This document shows positions 9,212 through 18,925 of a DNA stretch of 32,000 bases, one piece after another. The position numbers were made by a program, and so were the translations under genes. A model generated the notes under the pieces. It did not search any database, was not told where the DNA came from, and was given only the letters and a program-made list of their open reading frames with translations. The DNA is taken from NCBI GenBank assembly GCA_018883865.1, contig JAHLFI010000092.1:7760-39759 (forward strand), in the 5' to 3' direction. This DNA is from Candidatus Oceanisphaera merdipullorum. GTDB taxonomy: Bacteria; Pseudomonadota; Gammaproteobacteria; Enterobacterales; Aeromonadaceae. Every line of letters begins with the position of its first letter. Within the stretch, counting starts at the first letter, position 1.

Positions 9212-9925
9212 TTAGCGGCCTGGCAGTTTTTGCCAGGTGACCTTGTCGCGCAAATAGACAGGCACAGCCTCTGCCGCCGCAACGCCTAGCCCTTGCTGCC
9301 ACATAGCTAATGCCTGAGGCAATAAATCTTGTGCCTCGGGATACGGCAACGCCGTACATAGCTCACCACAGTGGGCACTCAGCTCTGGATAGGTGATTAA
9401 GCCTGAACCCACACCCAGAGCCCAGCTTTGCCCCCGAGTGTTTGCCAGCCAATCACTCGGTGTGATGACTTGCTCAAGATCGGTACTGATCATCAGACCC
9501 GCGCTATCACCACCATTATCACCTAGCGCAAAGCCACCCACGTAAATCTCGCCCATGCGCGCATCTATGGCCGCCAAAGCCGACTCGGCTTTGCGAACCC
9601 GATGCGCGCCCTGCGCCAGTGCTTGAAGATTCGAAACGCCCAGTAATGGTAGATCGGCGCCAAAAGCCAAGCCTTGAGCCACGCCTAAGGTGATACGAAC
9701 GCCGGTAAAGGAGCCAGGCCCACGGCCGAAGGCGATAGCATCCAGCTGGTTAAGCGTTAATTCACCTTCAGCCAATAGCTCGGCCACCATGGGCAAAATT
9801 AAGTCCGTATGACCGCGTGGTGCGACCTCATAACGGCTAACTAAACGACCGTCTTGCCACAAGGCTGCGGAACAGGCCTCGGTGGCCGTGTCTATGGCCA
9901 AAATTTTGGCCGAAATGCGGGTCAT
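9212..9925 (-). CDS. tsaB: tRNA t6A37 biosynthesis protein TsaB (YeaZ)
   Basis: ILAIDTATEACSAAL at the N-terminus and FGRGPGSFTGVRI. It lies directly downstream of yoaA with a 1-nt gap. Confidence 0.92.
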   Translation of the reverse strand: MTRISAKILAIDTATEACSAALWQDGRLVSRYEVAPRGHTDLILPMVAELLAEGELTLNQLDAIAFGRGPGSFTGVRITLGVAQGLAFGADLPLLGVSNLQALAQGAHRVRKAESALAAIDARMGEIYVGGFALGDNGGDSAGLMISTDLEQVITPSDWLANTRGQSWALGVGSGLITYPELSAHCGELCTALPYPEAQDLLPQALAMWQQGLGVAAAEAVPVYLRDKVTWQKLPGR

Positions 9926-9926
9926 A

Positions 9927-11903
9927 TTATTGCTCCAGCGTTAATAAAAAAGTATTCAACTCAGCCAAGCTGCGGGTGCGCGGCATGGCCGGTAAACTAT
10001 TGAGAAAATCGCCGCCATAGGCGCGGTTGACTAATCTATCGTCGGTAATGATAAGTACCCCTTGATCGCTAATATCGCGGATCAAACGGCCCACACCCTG
10101 CTTTAAAGTGATAATGGCTTTGGGCAATTGCACCTTGGCAAAGCCGTCTTCACCGCGGCGTTTACAGTCTTCGAGTCGCGCGCTCAATTGCGGATCGTCT
10201 GGCGCACTAAAAGGCAATTTGTCGATCACCACGCATCGTAATGCCTGCCCACGTACGTCTATGCCTTCCCAAAAGCTGCTGGTGGCCACTAATACCGCTC
10301 GGCCATCTTGGCTAAATCGTTCGAGCAAGCGCACCTTATTGTCTTCTCCTTGCACTAATAGGGTGCGATCTAATTGCTGGCGCAAAACGTCCGCCACCTC
10401 GTTCATCACCTTGTAGCTAGTACAGAGAAAAAAGCTGCCGCCCGGCACTAACGATAACGTTTCCAGCAAACTTTCCGCTAATTGCCGACCACGATTGGGA
10501 GCATTAGTGGCGGGTAAATAACGCGGCACACATAAACGCGACTGCTGGGCATAATCGAAGGGGCTGTCTAATTGCAGAGTTCGGCAATCACTCAAGCCCA
10601 TGTCGGTACAAAAGTGACCAAAGCTGTCGCCCACCGCCAAGGTCGCGGAAGTAAAAATCCAACTCACCGCCTCTTTGGCCAGCTCTGCGGAAAAGCGCTC
10701 CGCCACCGACAAGGGCGTTTTGTGAAAACTAATGTGCAGCCGCGTGCACTCAAACCAGTAGGAATAGCCGTCTTCTTGGACGCGCGTCACCGACTCTAAT
10801 TGACTGCGCAAACTCACCAGCCGCTCAAAACCTTGATCCAGCTGCTCACCGCGACCTAGCGCCAGCTTCAATACGTCATAGGCGAAGCTGGCGCTGTCGT
10901 TGAGGCGCGCCAGCGCTTGTCCTACATCAGGCTTGGCCAGCATAGGCCTAAGTTGGCCGCGCGAGCTGTCATAACCAAAGGTTAAGCGTAAGTCTTGGGC
11001 ATGGCGCTCAATTTGATCCGCCGCCTTAGCAATTTGCGCCATGTCTTTGGCTTCAACTTTTTGCGCCAGCCGCAAGTCGCGCGCCAGCTCTAACCATTGG
11101 CGACTAGACTGACTCTGACCAAAATACTGACCGGCAATCTCGGGTAACTGATGGGCTTCGTCGAGAATGCAGGCGTCTGCATCCGGAATAAGCTGGCCAA
11201 AGCCGGTATCGCGCACCGCCATGTCGGCAAAAAACAAATGATGATTGACCACCACCACCTGGGCGTCCATGGCCTTGGCGCGCGCCTTTACCAGAAAGCA
11301 GTCTTGATAATGGCCGCATTCGCGGCCCAGACAGTTGTCATTATTGCTGGTCACCAGCGGCAACACCTCACTGCGCTCGGCCAAGCCCGGAATATCGCCA
11401 ATGTCGCCGCTGTGAGTCATAGGCATAAAACGACGTACCCGCTGCAAGTCCGCCAAGCCTTCCGCCGACAAATGCGGCACGCTGTCGTTAAGCAAATTAA
11501 GGCGTTCGATGCAAATGTAGTTGGCGCGCCCTTTCAGTAGCGCCACCGGGTGATGATAGTGCATGGCCTGCATCAGGGTGGGCAAGTCGCGATGAAACAG
11601 CTGCTCTTGCAGATTGCGCGAGCCGGTACTTAAGATCACTTTCTTGCCTGAGGCTAACACGGGCGCCAAATAGGCAAAGGTCTTGCCGGTACCCGTGCCC
11701 GCCTCCACCACCAGCGGTTGCTGAGTATGCAGCGCTTGGGTGACGGCATCGGCCATAGCAATTTGCGCGGCTCTAGGCTGAAACCCCGCTATCGCCTGCA
11801 CCAAAGGACCTTGTGGTGAAAAGAGGCCCGTCACCAAATCTACAGATAAATCCCCAACAGGATCCGTCAAATTAGCATCGAGAAGTGTGCTGTCATCGTC
11901 CAA
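9927..11903 (-). CDS. yoaA: DinG-family ATP-dependent DNA helicase YoaA
   Basis: Walker A AGTGTGKT, DEAH box (LDEAHQLPE), and four Cys in the Fe-S cluster positions (YICIE, DNCLGRECGHYQDCF). Confidence 0.9.
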   Translation of the reverse strand: MDDDSTLLDANLTDPVGDLSVDLVTGLFSPQGPLVQAIAGFQPRAAQIAMADAVTQALHTQQPLVVEAGTGTGKTFAYLAPVLASGKKVILSTGSRNLQEQLFHRDLPTLMQAMHYHHPVALLKGRANYICIERLNLLNDSVPHLSAEGLADLQRVRRFMPMTHSGDIGDIPGLAERSEVLPLVTSNNDNCLGRECGHYQDCFLVKARAKAMDAQVVVVNHHLFFADMAVRDTGFGQLIPDADACILDEAHQLPEIAGQYFGQSQSSRQWLELARDLRLAQKVEAKDMAQIAKAADQIERHAQDLRLTFGYDSSRGQLRPMLAKPDVGQALARLNDSASFAYDVLKLALGRGEQLDQGFERLVSLRSQLESVTRVQEDGYSYWFECTRLHISFHKTPLSVAERFSAELAKEAVSWIFTSATLAVGDSFGHFCTDMGLSDCRTLQLDSPFDYAQQSRLCVPRYLPATNAPNRGRQLAESLLETLSLVPGGSFFLCTSYKVMNEVADVLRQQLDRTLLVQGEDNKVRLLERFSQDGRAVLVATSSFWEGIDVRGQALRCVVIDKLPFSAPDDPQLSARLEDCKRRGEDGFAKVQLPKAIITLKQGVGRLIRDISDQGVLIITDDRLVNRAYGGDFLNSLPAMPRTRSLAELNTFLLTLEQ

Positions 11904-12106
11904 AGCCGGTGAGTCTCATGAAGAAAACGTCATGATAACAAAAGCGGTCACCAAAGCGTTAGCGAGACGGCGCCTAAGTATTCGGTTTTTATATTTCGTT
12001 TTTAACACCCTCGTGCGACACTATTTTGATTTTTACTTTGGGTTTGCTCGCGAAGGGCTTTGCCCGCGAGTGCTATCCTCAAGCACGCCTCAGATTGCTA
12101 GGAGTT

Positions 12107-13954
12107 ATGATGCCCGAAACCAGTGGCTTACTGCATGCCAGCGTTATCTTTCTATTAACCGCCGTGTTAATGGTACCGCTCGCCAAGCGCTTGAAACTGG
12201 GCGCCGTACTCGGCTATTTATTGGGCGGCGTGTTAATCGGCCCCTCGGTATTAGGCCTGATTAGTCAACCGGACAGTATCTCTCAGCTCTCGGAGCTAGG
12301 CGTGGTGATGCTGATGTTTATTATCGGCCTCGAATTGTCGCCGCGCCGACTTTGGGTGATGCGCCGCGCCGTGTTTGGCGCCGGCCTCGCGCAGGTGCTG
12401 CTCACGGGTTTGGTCTTAGGCGTCATTGCCTGGCAAGGTTTTGGCCAAGGTTGGAAAGCCGCCGTCATTATCGGGTTTGGACTCGCGCTGTCTTCCACCG
12501 CCATGGGCTTGCAGTTATTAGCCGAACGAAAAGAAATGAGCAGCCCCCACGGCCGCCAAGCCTTCGCCATCTTATTGTTTCAAGATATCGCCGCCATCCC
12601 CTTAATCGCCATGGTGCCCGCACTCGGCACGGCCCAAGCCAACTCAGGCGCAGGTGCCGTACAATTATTGCAAGTGGCAGCCAGTATCGGCTTAGTGGTG
12701 ATCGGCGGCCGTTATTTATTGCGGCCACTGTTTCGCATCGTCGCCAAAACCGGCTTACAAGAGGTGTCTACCGCCACCGCTTTGTTAGTGGTAATGGGCA
12801 CAGCTTACTTAATGGAATGGGCCCATGTCTCCATGGCATTAGGCGCCTTCTTAGCGGGCATGCTATTAGCTGACTCTGAATATCGCCACGAATTAGAGTC
12901 ACAAATCGAGCCCTTTAAAGGCTTATTGCTGGGGTTATTCTTTATTGGTGTAGGCATGAGTGCCGACCTCAGCTTACTGTTAGAGCATCCCGTATTAATC
13001 GTAAGCTTGGCGCTGTTATTGCTGGCGCTTAAATTGCCGCTGTTAGCGCTGGTTGGCCGCCACATTGGCAAACTAGACGGCATGAGCGCCCTTAAGCTAG
13101 GTCTGTTATTAGCGGCGGGCGGTGAATTTGCCTTCGTGCTTTTTGGCCTAGCCCGTGATAACGGCCTGTTTGATAGCCAATTACACAGCATCTTGGTGCT
13201 GACCATCACGCTATCGATGGCCCTCACTCCTTTAATTTTACTCGCCTTATCTAAAGTGCTGACCCAAGCGGTGGCCAGCCGTCCAGTGCCGCCGGAATAC
13301 AGTGACATCAGCGATAACCACCCCCGCGCCGTAATCGTTGGCATGGGCCGCATGGGCCAAATTGTGGCGCGGGTGTTGCGCGCCCAACGCATTCCGTTCG
13401 TGGCCTTTGAAACGGAAGTGGACACCATCAGCATTACTCGAAAAATTGATAACATCGCCATTTTTTACGGGGATCCACTGCGCCCAGGCGTGTTACGCAG
13501 TGCAGGTGCCGAGCAAGCGGAATTTTTTATTGTCGCCACCGACAATCCTGACATCAATCTGCATATGACCGAAACAGTCCGGGCGCGTTATCCGCACATG
13601 AAGGTCATCTCACGGGCCCGTAACCGTCAACACGTGCACAAACTCTGGGATTTAGGTGCCATGCCGGTGCGTGAGACCTTTCATTCTAGCCTAGAGATGT
13701 GCCGGCGGGTGATGCAAGGCTTAGGACTAAAAGAAGAACAAATTGAAGCCCGCATTCGCCGTTTTCGTGAACACGATGAAAAAGTGCTGATGGAGCAACA
13801 TCAATTTTATGACGATGAAGCAGCAGTGTTTCAAACTGCCCGCCAAGCGCGCGCCGAACTTGAGACCTTGTTTGAAAGCGACCACATGGAACAAACCCCC
13901 AAGGTACTGCTGGCTGACGGCCACACCGACGCTAAAGAAAAAGGCACCAGATAA
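12107..13954 (+). CDS. CPA2 family K+/H+ antiporter (KefB/KefC-like) with a C-terminal KTN/TrkA-N domain
   Basis: The multi-TM N-terminus starts LLHASVIFLLTAVLMVPLAKRLKLGAVLGYLLGGVLIGP, and a Rossmann motif VGMGRMGQ follows the membrane domain. AGGAG at 12100-12104 favours the ATG at 12107 or 12110 over the ORF start at 12026. Confidence 0.88.
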   Translation: MMPETSGLLHASVIFLLTAVLMVPLAKRLKLGAVLGYLLGGVLIGPSVLGLISQPDSISQLSELGVVMLMFIIGLELSPRRLWVMRRAVFGAGLAQVLLTGLVLGVIAWQGFGQGWKAAVIIGFGLALSSTAMGLQLLAERKEMSSPHGRQAFAILLFQDIAAIPLIAMVPALGTAQANSGAGAVQLLQVAASIGLVVIGGRYLLRPLFRIVAKTGLQEVSTATALLVVMGTAYLMEWAHVSMALGAFLAGMLLADSEYRHELESQIEPFKGLLLGLFFIGVGMSADLSLLLEHPVLIVSLALLLLALKLPLLALVGRHIGKLDGMSALKLGLLLAAGGEFAFVLFGLARDNGLFDSQLHSILVLTITLSMALTPLILLALSKVLTQAVASRPVPPEYSDISDNHPRAVIVGMGRMGQIVARVLRAQRIPFVAFETEVDTISITRKIDNIAIFYGDPLRPGVLRSAGAEQAEFFIVATDNPDINLHMTETVRARYPHMKVISRARNRQHVHKLWDLGAMPVRETFHSSLEMCRRVMQGLGLKEEQIEARIRRFREHDEKVLMEQHQFYDDEAAVFQTARQARAELETLFESDHMEQTPKVLLADGHTDAKEKGTR

Positions 13955-14094
13955 TTAATGTCGTTATGGGTATACGCCTTACTCTTGCGCCTTGTATGCA
14001 GACCAGCACACACAGTGTGCTTGCGTCCAGATATACAGGGCTGGCCTAGTGAGTAATGACAAAGTTGAGGGCAAGGACTAATGAGACAGCGCCG

Positions 14095-15129
14095 ATGAAA
14101 AAAGAATGGATGACATTGATACACGCGGGCCGCTACCGCAAGCCTTGGTTGCTGGTCGCAAGCCTATTGGGGCTACTGGCCAGCTGCGATACGCCGCCAC
14201 CTAAAGCCAGATTAGCGCTGGGCCCCGCACACAGCGCCAGCCATCAGGTCGGCAATCACTTGCTGACCGCCTACGACATCAAGGCTCAGGATATTGACGC
14301 CGAGCATGGCCGCTTTGACGCCGCGATCGAGGATCTTGAGCAAGGTCGCATCGATATCGCCATGGGCTTTTTTGGCTTGCCGAGTCGCAATGTCGACAGC
14401 CTGCAAGCCGCCACCGGCGATCTTAAGCTGGTGAGCTTATCCGATGCCGTGCTAGATGAGATCGAAAAAAACAGCGGTTATCGCCGCTTTACGATCCCCA
14501 AAGCCAGCTACCTATTTTTAGAGCAAGACGTCAACACCTTGGCTGCCTCTGCGGTACTCATGGCCAACACCCACACCGTGAGTGATGAGCTGGCGTATCA
14601 ATTAGCTAGCGTCGTGTATCAGCAAGGAAACAGCATCACTCACTCTCAAGCGCCCTTTTTAACGCTGGCACATGCGCTAGAGGGTGGCGAAGGGCTGCGC
14701 ATTCATCCTGGAGCAAAGCGCTTTTACGAAGAGCAAGGTCTCACCGTCAACTTAGCCGTCGCCGAGTTAAATCTGACTAACAATAAACAGGCATTCATGT
14801 TGGGCTCAGGGAGCCAAGGCGGTACCTATTACCCGCTTGGGGGGGAGCTAGCCAGCCGCTGGAATCAGTTTATTCCGAGCATTAATATCACCAGTGTGGC
14901 CACAGATGGGTCATTAGAAAATTTAAGTAGTCTCGCTGAGGGAAAATTAGACTTAAGCATGACAGTTAACACCAGCGCGCTCGACGCTCAAGCCGGCACC
15001 GGCCACTTTGCTAATACAGCCGTCGATAACGCCGCCTTTATCGGCCAACTGTATCCAGAGGTGTTTCATATCATCAGCCGCGCCAGCAATCCTATTTCAT
15101 CCTTCGGTGAGATCCCAACCAGCCAATAA
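14095..15129 (+). CDS. Orphan TAXI (TRAP-T associated) type solute-binding lipoprotein, circularly permuted
   Basis: A signal peptide with lipobox LLAS-C (Cys at 14185) is followed by TAXI C-terminal-half motifs (KARLALGP.., ..IHPGAKRFYEEQGL). TAXI N-terminal-half motifs come after these (GSGSQGGTYYPLGGELA, TDGSLENLSSLAEGKLDL, LYPEVFHIISRA). The start is uncertain (14056, 14095 or 14110). Confidence 0.7.
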   Translation: MKKEWMTLIHAGRYRKPWLLVASLLGLLASCDTPPPKARLALGPAHSASHQVGNHLLTAYDIKAQDIDAEHGRFDAAIEDLEQGRIDIAMGFFGLPSRNVDSLQAATGDLKLVSLSDAVLDEIEKNSGYRRFTIPKASYLFLEQDVNTLAASAVLMANTHTVSDELAYQLASVVYQQGNSITHSQAPFLTLAHALEGGEGLRIHPGAKRFYEEQGLTVNLAVAELNLTNNKQAFMLGSGSQGGTYYPLGGELASRWNQFIPSINITSVATDGSLENLSSLAEGKLDLSMTVNTSALDAQAGTGHFANTAVDNAAFIGQLYPEVFHIISRASNPISSFGEIPTSQ

Positions 15130-15338
15130 CCGGTCTTTCATGGCACATGAGCGCTGCTAATTTGATGTATGGCGGGAGAGCAATAATAACATCATTAAGG
15201 CTGACTGGCATCTCAACAGCAGATTAATACTCCACACCAACTAGGGTTTGCGAGATAAAAAACCAAACCTACTCGGGCGCCGCATCAGGGATACCGGTGA
15301 GCAAATAAACAAGCTGAGAACTTTATTGCCTTCTGGGG

Positions 15339-15367
15339 TTGGCAAACTCAGCCCAGCTTGCTAATGT
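15339..15367 (+). promoter_or_regulatory. Possible sigma70 promoter of the his operon
   Basis: TTGGCA, 17-bp spacer, TAATGT. It lies about 50 nt upstream of the leader peptide ATG. The -10 element is weak. Confidence 0.3.
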
Positions 15368-15420
15368 GACCTCACACCATTAGCCAGACATTTTAGCAAA
15401 AGACATAGGCCAACTAATTT

Positions 15421-15471
15421 ATGAACTTCCTGCTCGACGCCAAGCATCATCACCATCATTTCCTCGACTAG
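15421..15471 (+). CDS. hisL: his operon leader peptide
   Basis: Encodes MNFLLDAKHHHHHFLD with five consecutive His codons (CAT CAT CAC CAT CAT), immediately upstream of the attenuator hairpins. Confidence 0.9.
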   Translation: MNFLLDAKHHHHHFLD

Positions 15472-15476
15472 GCTTT

Positions 15477-15570
15477 CAGAATATTATTCTGGAAGGCCAC
15501 ACGCTTGGCGGCTTCCAGCAGGACTGTAAAATTACCCTCGGAAGCTCTGCTCCGGGGGTTTTTTTCGTTT
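15477..15570 (+). promoter_or_regulatory. his attenuator (alternative hairpins plus terminator)
   Basis: Hairpin CAGAAT-ATT-ATTCTG (15477-15491). CTGGAAG (15489-95) pairs with CTTCCAG (15512-18), and CTTCC can alternatively pair with GGAAG at 15540-44. The terminator stem CCCTCGGA/TCCGGGGG (15535-15558) is followed by TTTTTTT. Confidence 0.85.
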
Positions 15571-15648
15571 TTTATTTTCGTTTACCCTTTTTAAATTAAG
15601 CACTTTTATTTTTTAGATTTTAACGTGACACACAAGGAAACCAGCATC

Positions 15649-16551
15649 ATGACTTCGGATAACACTCGTCTACGTATCGCCATTCAAAAATCAGGCCGTT
15701 TAAGCAAAGAATGTCAGCAACTGCTCAAAGGGTGTGGCGTTAAACTCAATATTCGTGAGCAACGCTTGATCGCTCATGCCGAAAACATGCCTATCGACTT
15801 GTTGTTAGTGCGCGATGACGATATCCCGGGTTTGGTAATGGATGGTGTGGTCGACTTAGGCGTGGTAGGCGAAAACGTATTAGAAGAAACCCTGATGGAT
15901 CGCCAAGCTCAAGGCCAAGCCGCCGAATACGCCGTGCTGAAGCGCTTAGACTTTGGCGGTTGCCGCTTATCCCTCGCCGTTGCGCAAGATGCCAAGTATA
16001 CCGGCGTGCAAAGCCTCGAAGGCAAGCGCATTGCCACATCTTACCCTTGGTTATTAAAGCGTTTCATGGACAGCCAAGGCGTGAAATTTAAGAGCGTCAT
16101 GCTAAACGGCTCAGTCGAAGTGGCGCCACGCGCTGGTGTGGCCGACGCCATTTGTGACTTGGTATCAACCGGTGCCACGTTAGAGGCCAACGGCTTAATC
16201 GAAGCCGATGTTATCTTCCGCTCTAAAGCCGTGCTTATCCAAAGTGCAGTCGAATTATCAGCGGCTAAGCAAGCGGTGATCGACAAGTTATTGCCGCGCA
16301 TTCAAGGCTTGCAACAAGCCCGCGAAAGCAAATACATCATGCTGCACGCACCCAAAGATCGCTTAGAAGAAGTAATTGACCTGCTACCCGGTGCAGAGCG
16401 CCCTACTATCATGGCACTGGCCGGTGAAAGCAACCAAGTGGCCATTCACGTGGTGAGCAGCGAAGACATGTTCTGGGAAACCATGGAAGGCCTTAAAGAG
16501 CTGGGCGCCTCGTCCATCTTGGTCTTGCCCATCGAGAAGATGATGGAGTAG
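15649..16551 (+). CDS. hisG: ATP phosphoribosyltransferase (long form)
   Basis: [13 protein letters not shown] at the N-terminus. AAGGAA lies upstream of the ATG at 15649. The GTG at 15625 in the ORF track is probably not the start. Confidence 0.95.
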   Translation: MTSDNTRLRIAIQKSGRLSKECQQLLKGCGVKLNIREQRLIAHAENMPIDLLLVRDDDIPGLVMDGVVDLGVVGENVLEETLMDRQAQGQAAEYAVLKRLDFGGCRLSLAVAQDAKYTGVQSLEGKRIATSYPWLLKRFMDSQGVKFKSVMLNGSVEVAPRAGVADAICDLVSTGATLEANGLIEADVIFRSKAVLIQSAVELSAAKQAVIDKLLPRIQGLQQARESKYIMLHAPKDRLEEVIDLLPGAERPTIMALAGESNQVAIHVVSSEDMFWETMEGLKELGASSILVLPIEKMME

Positions 16552-16553
16552 TC

Positions 16554-17861
16554 ATGAAAATTCTGGATTGGAATGCCCTAAGTACGGCGGAGCAAGCACA
16601 GGCGCTGCGCCGCCCCGCACTCGCCCAAGGTGGCCGTGAAGCCCAAGTGGCTGAGATTATAGCTAAGGTCCGCCAAGGCGGCGACGCAGCACTCATTGAG
16701 CTGACGCGCACCCTGGACAAGGCCGAGCGCGCTACGCTGCAATTAACGCAAGCCGAGATAGATGCCGCCTCATTGCGTGTCAGTGATGAGCTGAAAGCCG
16801 CCATCCACTTGGCCATGACTAACATTGACACCTTTCACCGTGCGCAGCTGCCCACACCGATAGTGCAAGAAACCAGCTCAGGCGTACACTGTGAACTGCA
16901 CTTTCAACCAATTGAAAAAGTCGGTCTGTATGTGCCCGGTGGTACCGCGCCTTTAGTGTCCACTGTGATGATGTTGGCCATTCCGGCACGCTTGGCCGGT
17001 TGTGAGCGCGTAGTATTGTGCTCACCGCCGCCCATTAATGACGCCATTATTTACACTGCCAGCCAGTGTGGCGTGGATGCCATCTATACCTTAGGCGGGG
17101 CGCAGGCGGTGGCGGCCATGGCTTATGGCTCCGAGACCATCACTAAAGTCGACAAAATTTTTGGACCTGGCAATACCTGGGTCACCGAAGCCAAGCGCCA
17201 AGTCTCAAGCGACGTGGACGGTGCAGCCATCGACATGCCGGCGGGTCCGTCCGAAGTGTTGGTGATTGCCGATGCCGATGCGGATGCAGATTTTGTGGCC
17301 TCAGACTTATTGTCTCAGGCCGAGCACGGCACCGACTCGCAGGTCATCTTAGTCACACCCTGCACGGCTTTTGCCGATAAGGTAAATATCGCGCTAGATG
17401 AGCAATTGGCCCAGTTATCGCGTGCCGATATCGCACGCGTTGCGCTGCTAGAGAGCCGTACTTTTATTTGTACCGATCTCGCTCAAGCCGTCCACATTTC
17501 TAACGCCTATGCGCCTGAGCACTTGATCGTACAAACCGCCGATCCGCGCGGCTTGTTGCCAAGCTTGAAAAACGCCGGCTCCATCTTCTTGGGCGCTTGG
17601 ACGCCAGAGTCGGTGGGCGATTATGCCAGTGGTACTAACCACACCTTGCCCACCTACGGTTATTCGCGCACTTACTCAAGCCTAGGCTTAGCAGATTATC
17701 AGCGCCGTTTTACCGTACAAGAGCTAACGCCAGCTGGCCTGCTCGCCATCGGCCCTGCGGTCGAATTACTGGCGGCCACCGAAACCTTGGATGCCCATAA
17801 AAATGCGGTAAGCCTGCGGCTTGCCAAATTAGAGAAACAAGCGTTGGAGAAGCAAGCATGA
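16554..17861 (+). CDS. hisD: Histidinol dehydrogenase
   Basis: Motifs SQAEHG and PEHL, typical length of 435 aa, and its position in the operon. Confidence 0.96.
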   Translation: MKILDWNALSTAEQAQALRRPALAQGGREAQVAEIIAKVRQGGDAALIELTRTLDKAERATLQLTQAEIDAASLRVSDELKAAIHLAMTNIDTFHRAQLPTPIVQETSSGVHCELHFQPIEKVGLYVPGGTAPLVSTVMMLAIPARLAGCERVVLCSPPPINDAIIYTASQCGVDAIYTLGGAQAVAAMAYGSETITKVDKIFGPGNTWVTEAKRQVSSDVDGAAIDMPAGPSEVLVIADADADADFVASDLLSQAEHGTDSQVILVTPCTAFADKVNIALDEQLAQLSRADIARVALLESRTFICTDLAQAVHISNAYAPEHLIVQTADPRGLLPSLKNAGSIFLGAWTPESVGDYASGTNHTLPTYGYSRTYSSLGLADYQRRFTVQELTPAGLLAIGPAVELLAATETLDAHKNAVSLRLAKLEKQALEKQA

Positions 17862-18925
17862 GCAATACCGACCTCAGCCAATTAGCTCGTAGCCAAGTGC
17901 GTGCGCTCACGCCTTATCAATCGGCGCGGCGCATCGGTGGCCAAGGCCACATTTGGCTTAACGCCAACGAAGCGGCAGATAGCGGCGAATATGCCCTTGA
18001 TTGCTCGCGCCTCAATCGCTACCCAGAATGCCAGCCGCCACAAGTGGTAGAGCGCTACGCGGCATACGCAGGTGTCACGCCAGAGCAAGTATTGGTGACC
18101 CGTGGGGGTGACGAAGGCATTGAACTACTCATTCGCACCTTCTGTGAGCCGGGCAAAGACAACATTTTATTGTGCTCGCCCACTTACGGCATGTACGCCA
18201 TTAGCGCACAAACCAATGACGTGGGTATTATCGATGTGCCATTAAACGCCCAGCGCCAGCCCGACTTTGACGCCATTATTGACAGGCTTGATAGCGTAAA
18301 GATCGTGTTCTTATGCTCGCCTAATAACCCCACTGGGGATTTGGTCGACCAAGCCGGCTTATGCCGATTGCTGAGTGCGGCTAAAGGCCGTGCACTGGTG
18401 GTAGTCGACGAAGCTTATATCGAGTTTTGCCCAAGCTTTAGCCAAGCCCGCTTATTGGCCGATTACCCTGAGCTGGTGCTGATCCGCACCTTGTCCAAGG
18501 CCTTTGGTCTGGCGGGCTTGCGCTGTGGCTTTACCTTGGCCAACACGCAAGTGATTGAGCTGCTATTAAAAGTCATCGCGCCCTACCCCATTCCAGAGCC
18601 GGTGGCGCAAATTGCCGCTCAGGCGTTAACGGAGCAAGGGCTGACAGTGATGCGCCAGCGCGTGGCGGACGTGAATGACTTGAAAACCCAGCTTAGCGCA
18701 CAATTGGCTCAGCACGCCGATGTAACAGAAGTGTTCGCCCCACACGGCAACTACTTGTTGGTGCGTTTTAAAGATGGCGCCGCCTTATTTGCACGCATGG
18801 CCAAGGCCGGTATTATATTGCGCGACTTCGCCAGCCGCCCAGGCTTGGCAGACTGCATTCGGATAACCATCGGCACACCCACCGAGATGGACGCGGTACT
18901 CGATGTACTGCAACAGGAGCAATAA
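17858..18925 (+). CDS. hisC: Histidinol-phosphate aminotransferase
   Basis: PLP lysine context TLSKAFGLAGLRCG. It has a 4-bp ATGA overlap with hisD. Confidence 0.95.
   Translation: MSNTDLSQLARSQVRALTPYQSARRIGGQGHIWLNANEAADSGEYALDCSRLNRYPECQPPQVVERYAAYAGVTPEQVLVTRGGDEGIELLIRTFCEPGKDNILLCSPTYGMYAISAQTNDVGIIDVPLNAQRQPDFDAIIDRLDSVKIVFLCSPNNPTGDLVDQAGLCRLLSAAKGRALVVVDEAYIEFCPSFSQARLLADYPELVLIRTLSKAFGLAGLRCGFTLANTQVIELLLKVIAPYPIPEPVAQIAAQALTEQGLTVMRQRVADVNDLKTQLSAQLAQHADVTEVFAPHGNYLLVRFKDGAALFARMAKAGIILRDFASRPGLADCIRITIGTPTEMDAVLDVLQQEQ

Noticed and set aside
9018-9359. A 113-aa minus-strand ORF spanning the tsaB 3' end and the tsaB-fadD spacer, with a hydrophobic tail.
   Set aside because: Its only start lies inside tsaB in another frame. 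The part downstream of tsaB has no start codon, and no homology was recognised.
11887-12106. The extended N-terminus of the kef ORF (from 12026), the 125-aa ORF 11887-12264, and a hairpin CTCGCG..CGCGAG at 12047-12070.
   Set aside because: The Shine-Dalgarno sequence and the conserved CPA2 N-terminus begin at 12107/12110, so the upstream region is best read as the divergent yoaA/kef promoter and leader. The hairpin has no T-run and no recognisable riboswitch features.
12283-13461. Several long ORFs overlapping the kef gene in other frames or antisense (12283-12570, 12352-12873, 12468-12728, 12805-13461).
   Set aside because: Their Arg/Pro/Ser-rich or low-complexity translations are typical of shadow frames over a GC-biased membrane-protein gene. 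The kef frame has clear family motifs. The same reasoning applies to the other overlapping ORFs in the track, for example 1056-1472, 4115-4366, 6299-7004, 7537-7959, 10108-10799, 11104-11540, the antisense ORFs within the his genes, 24387-25439, 26230-27381 and 27646-29057.
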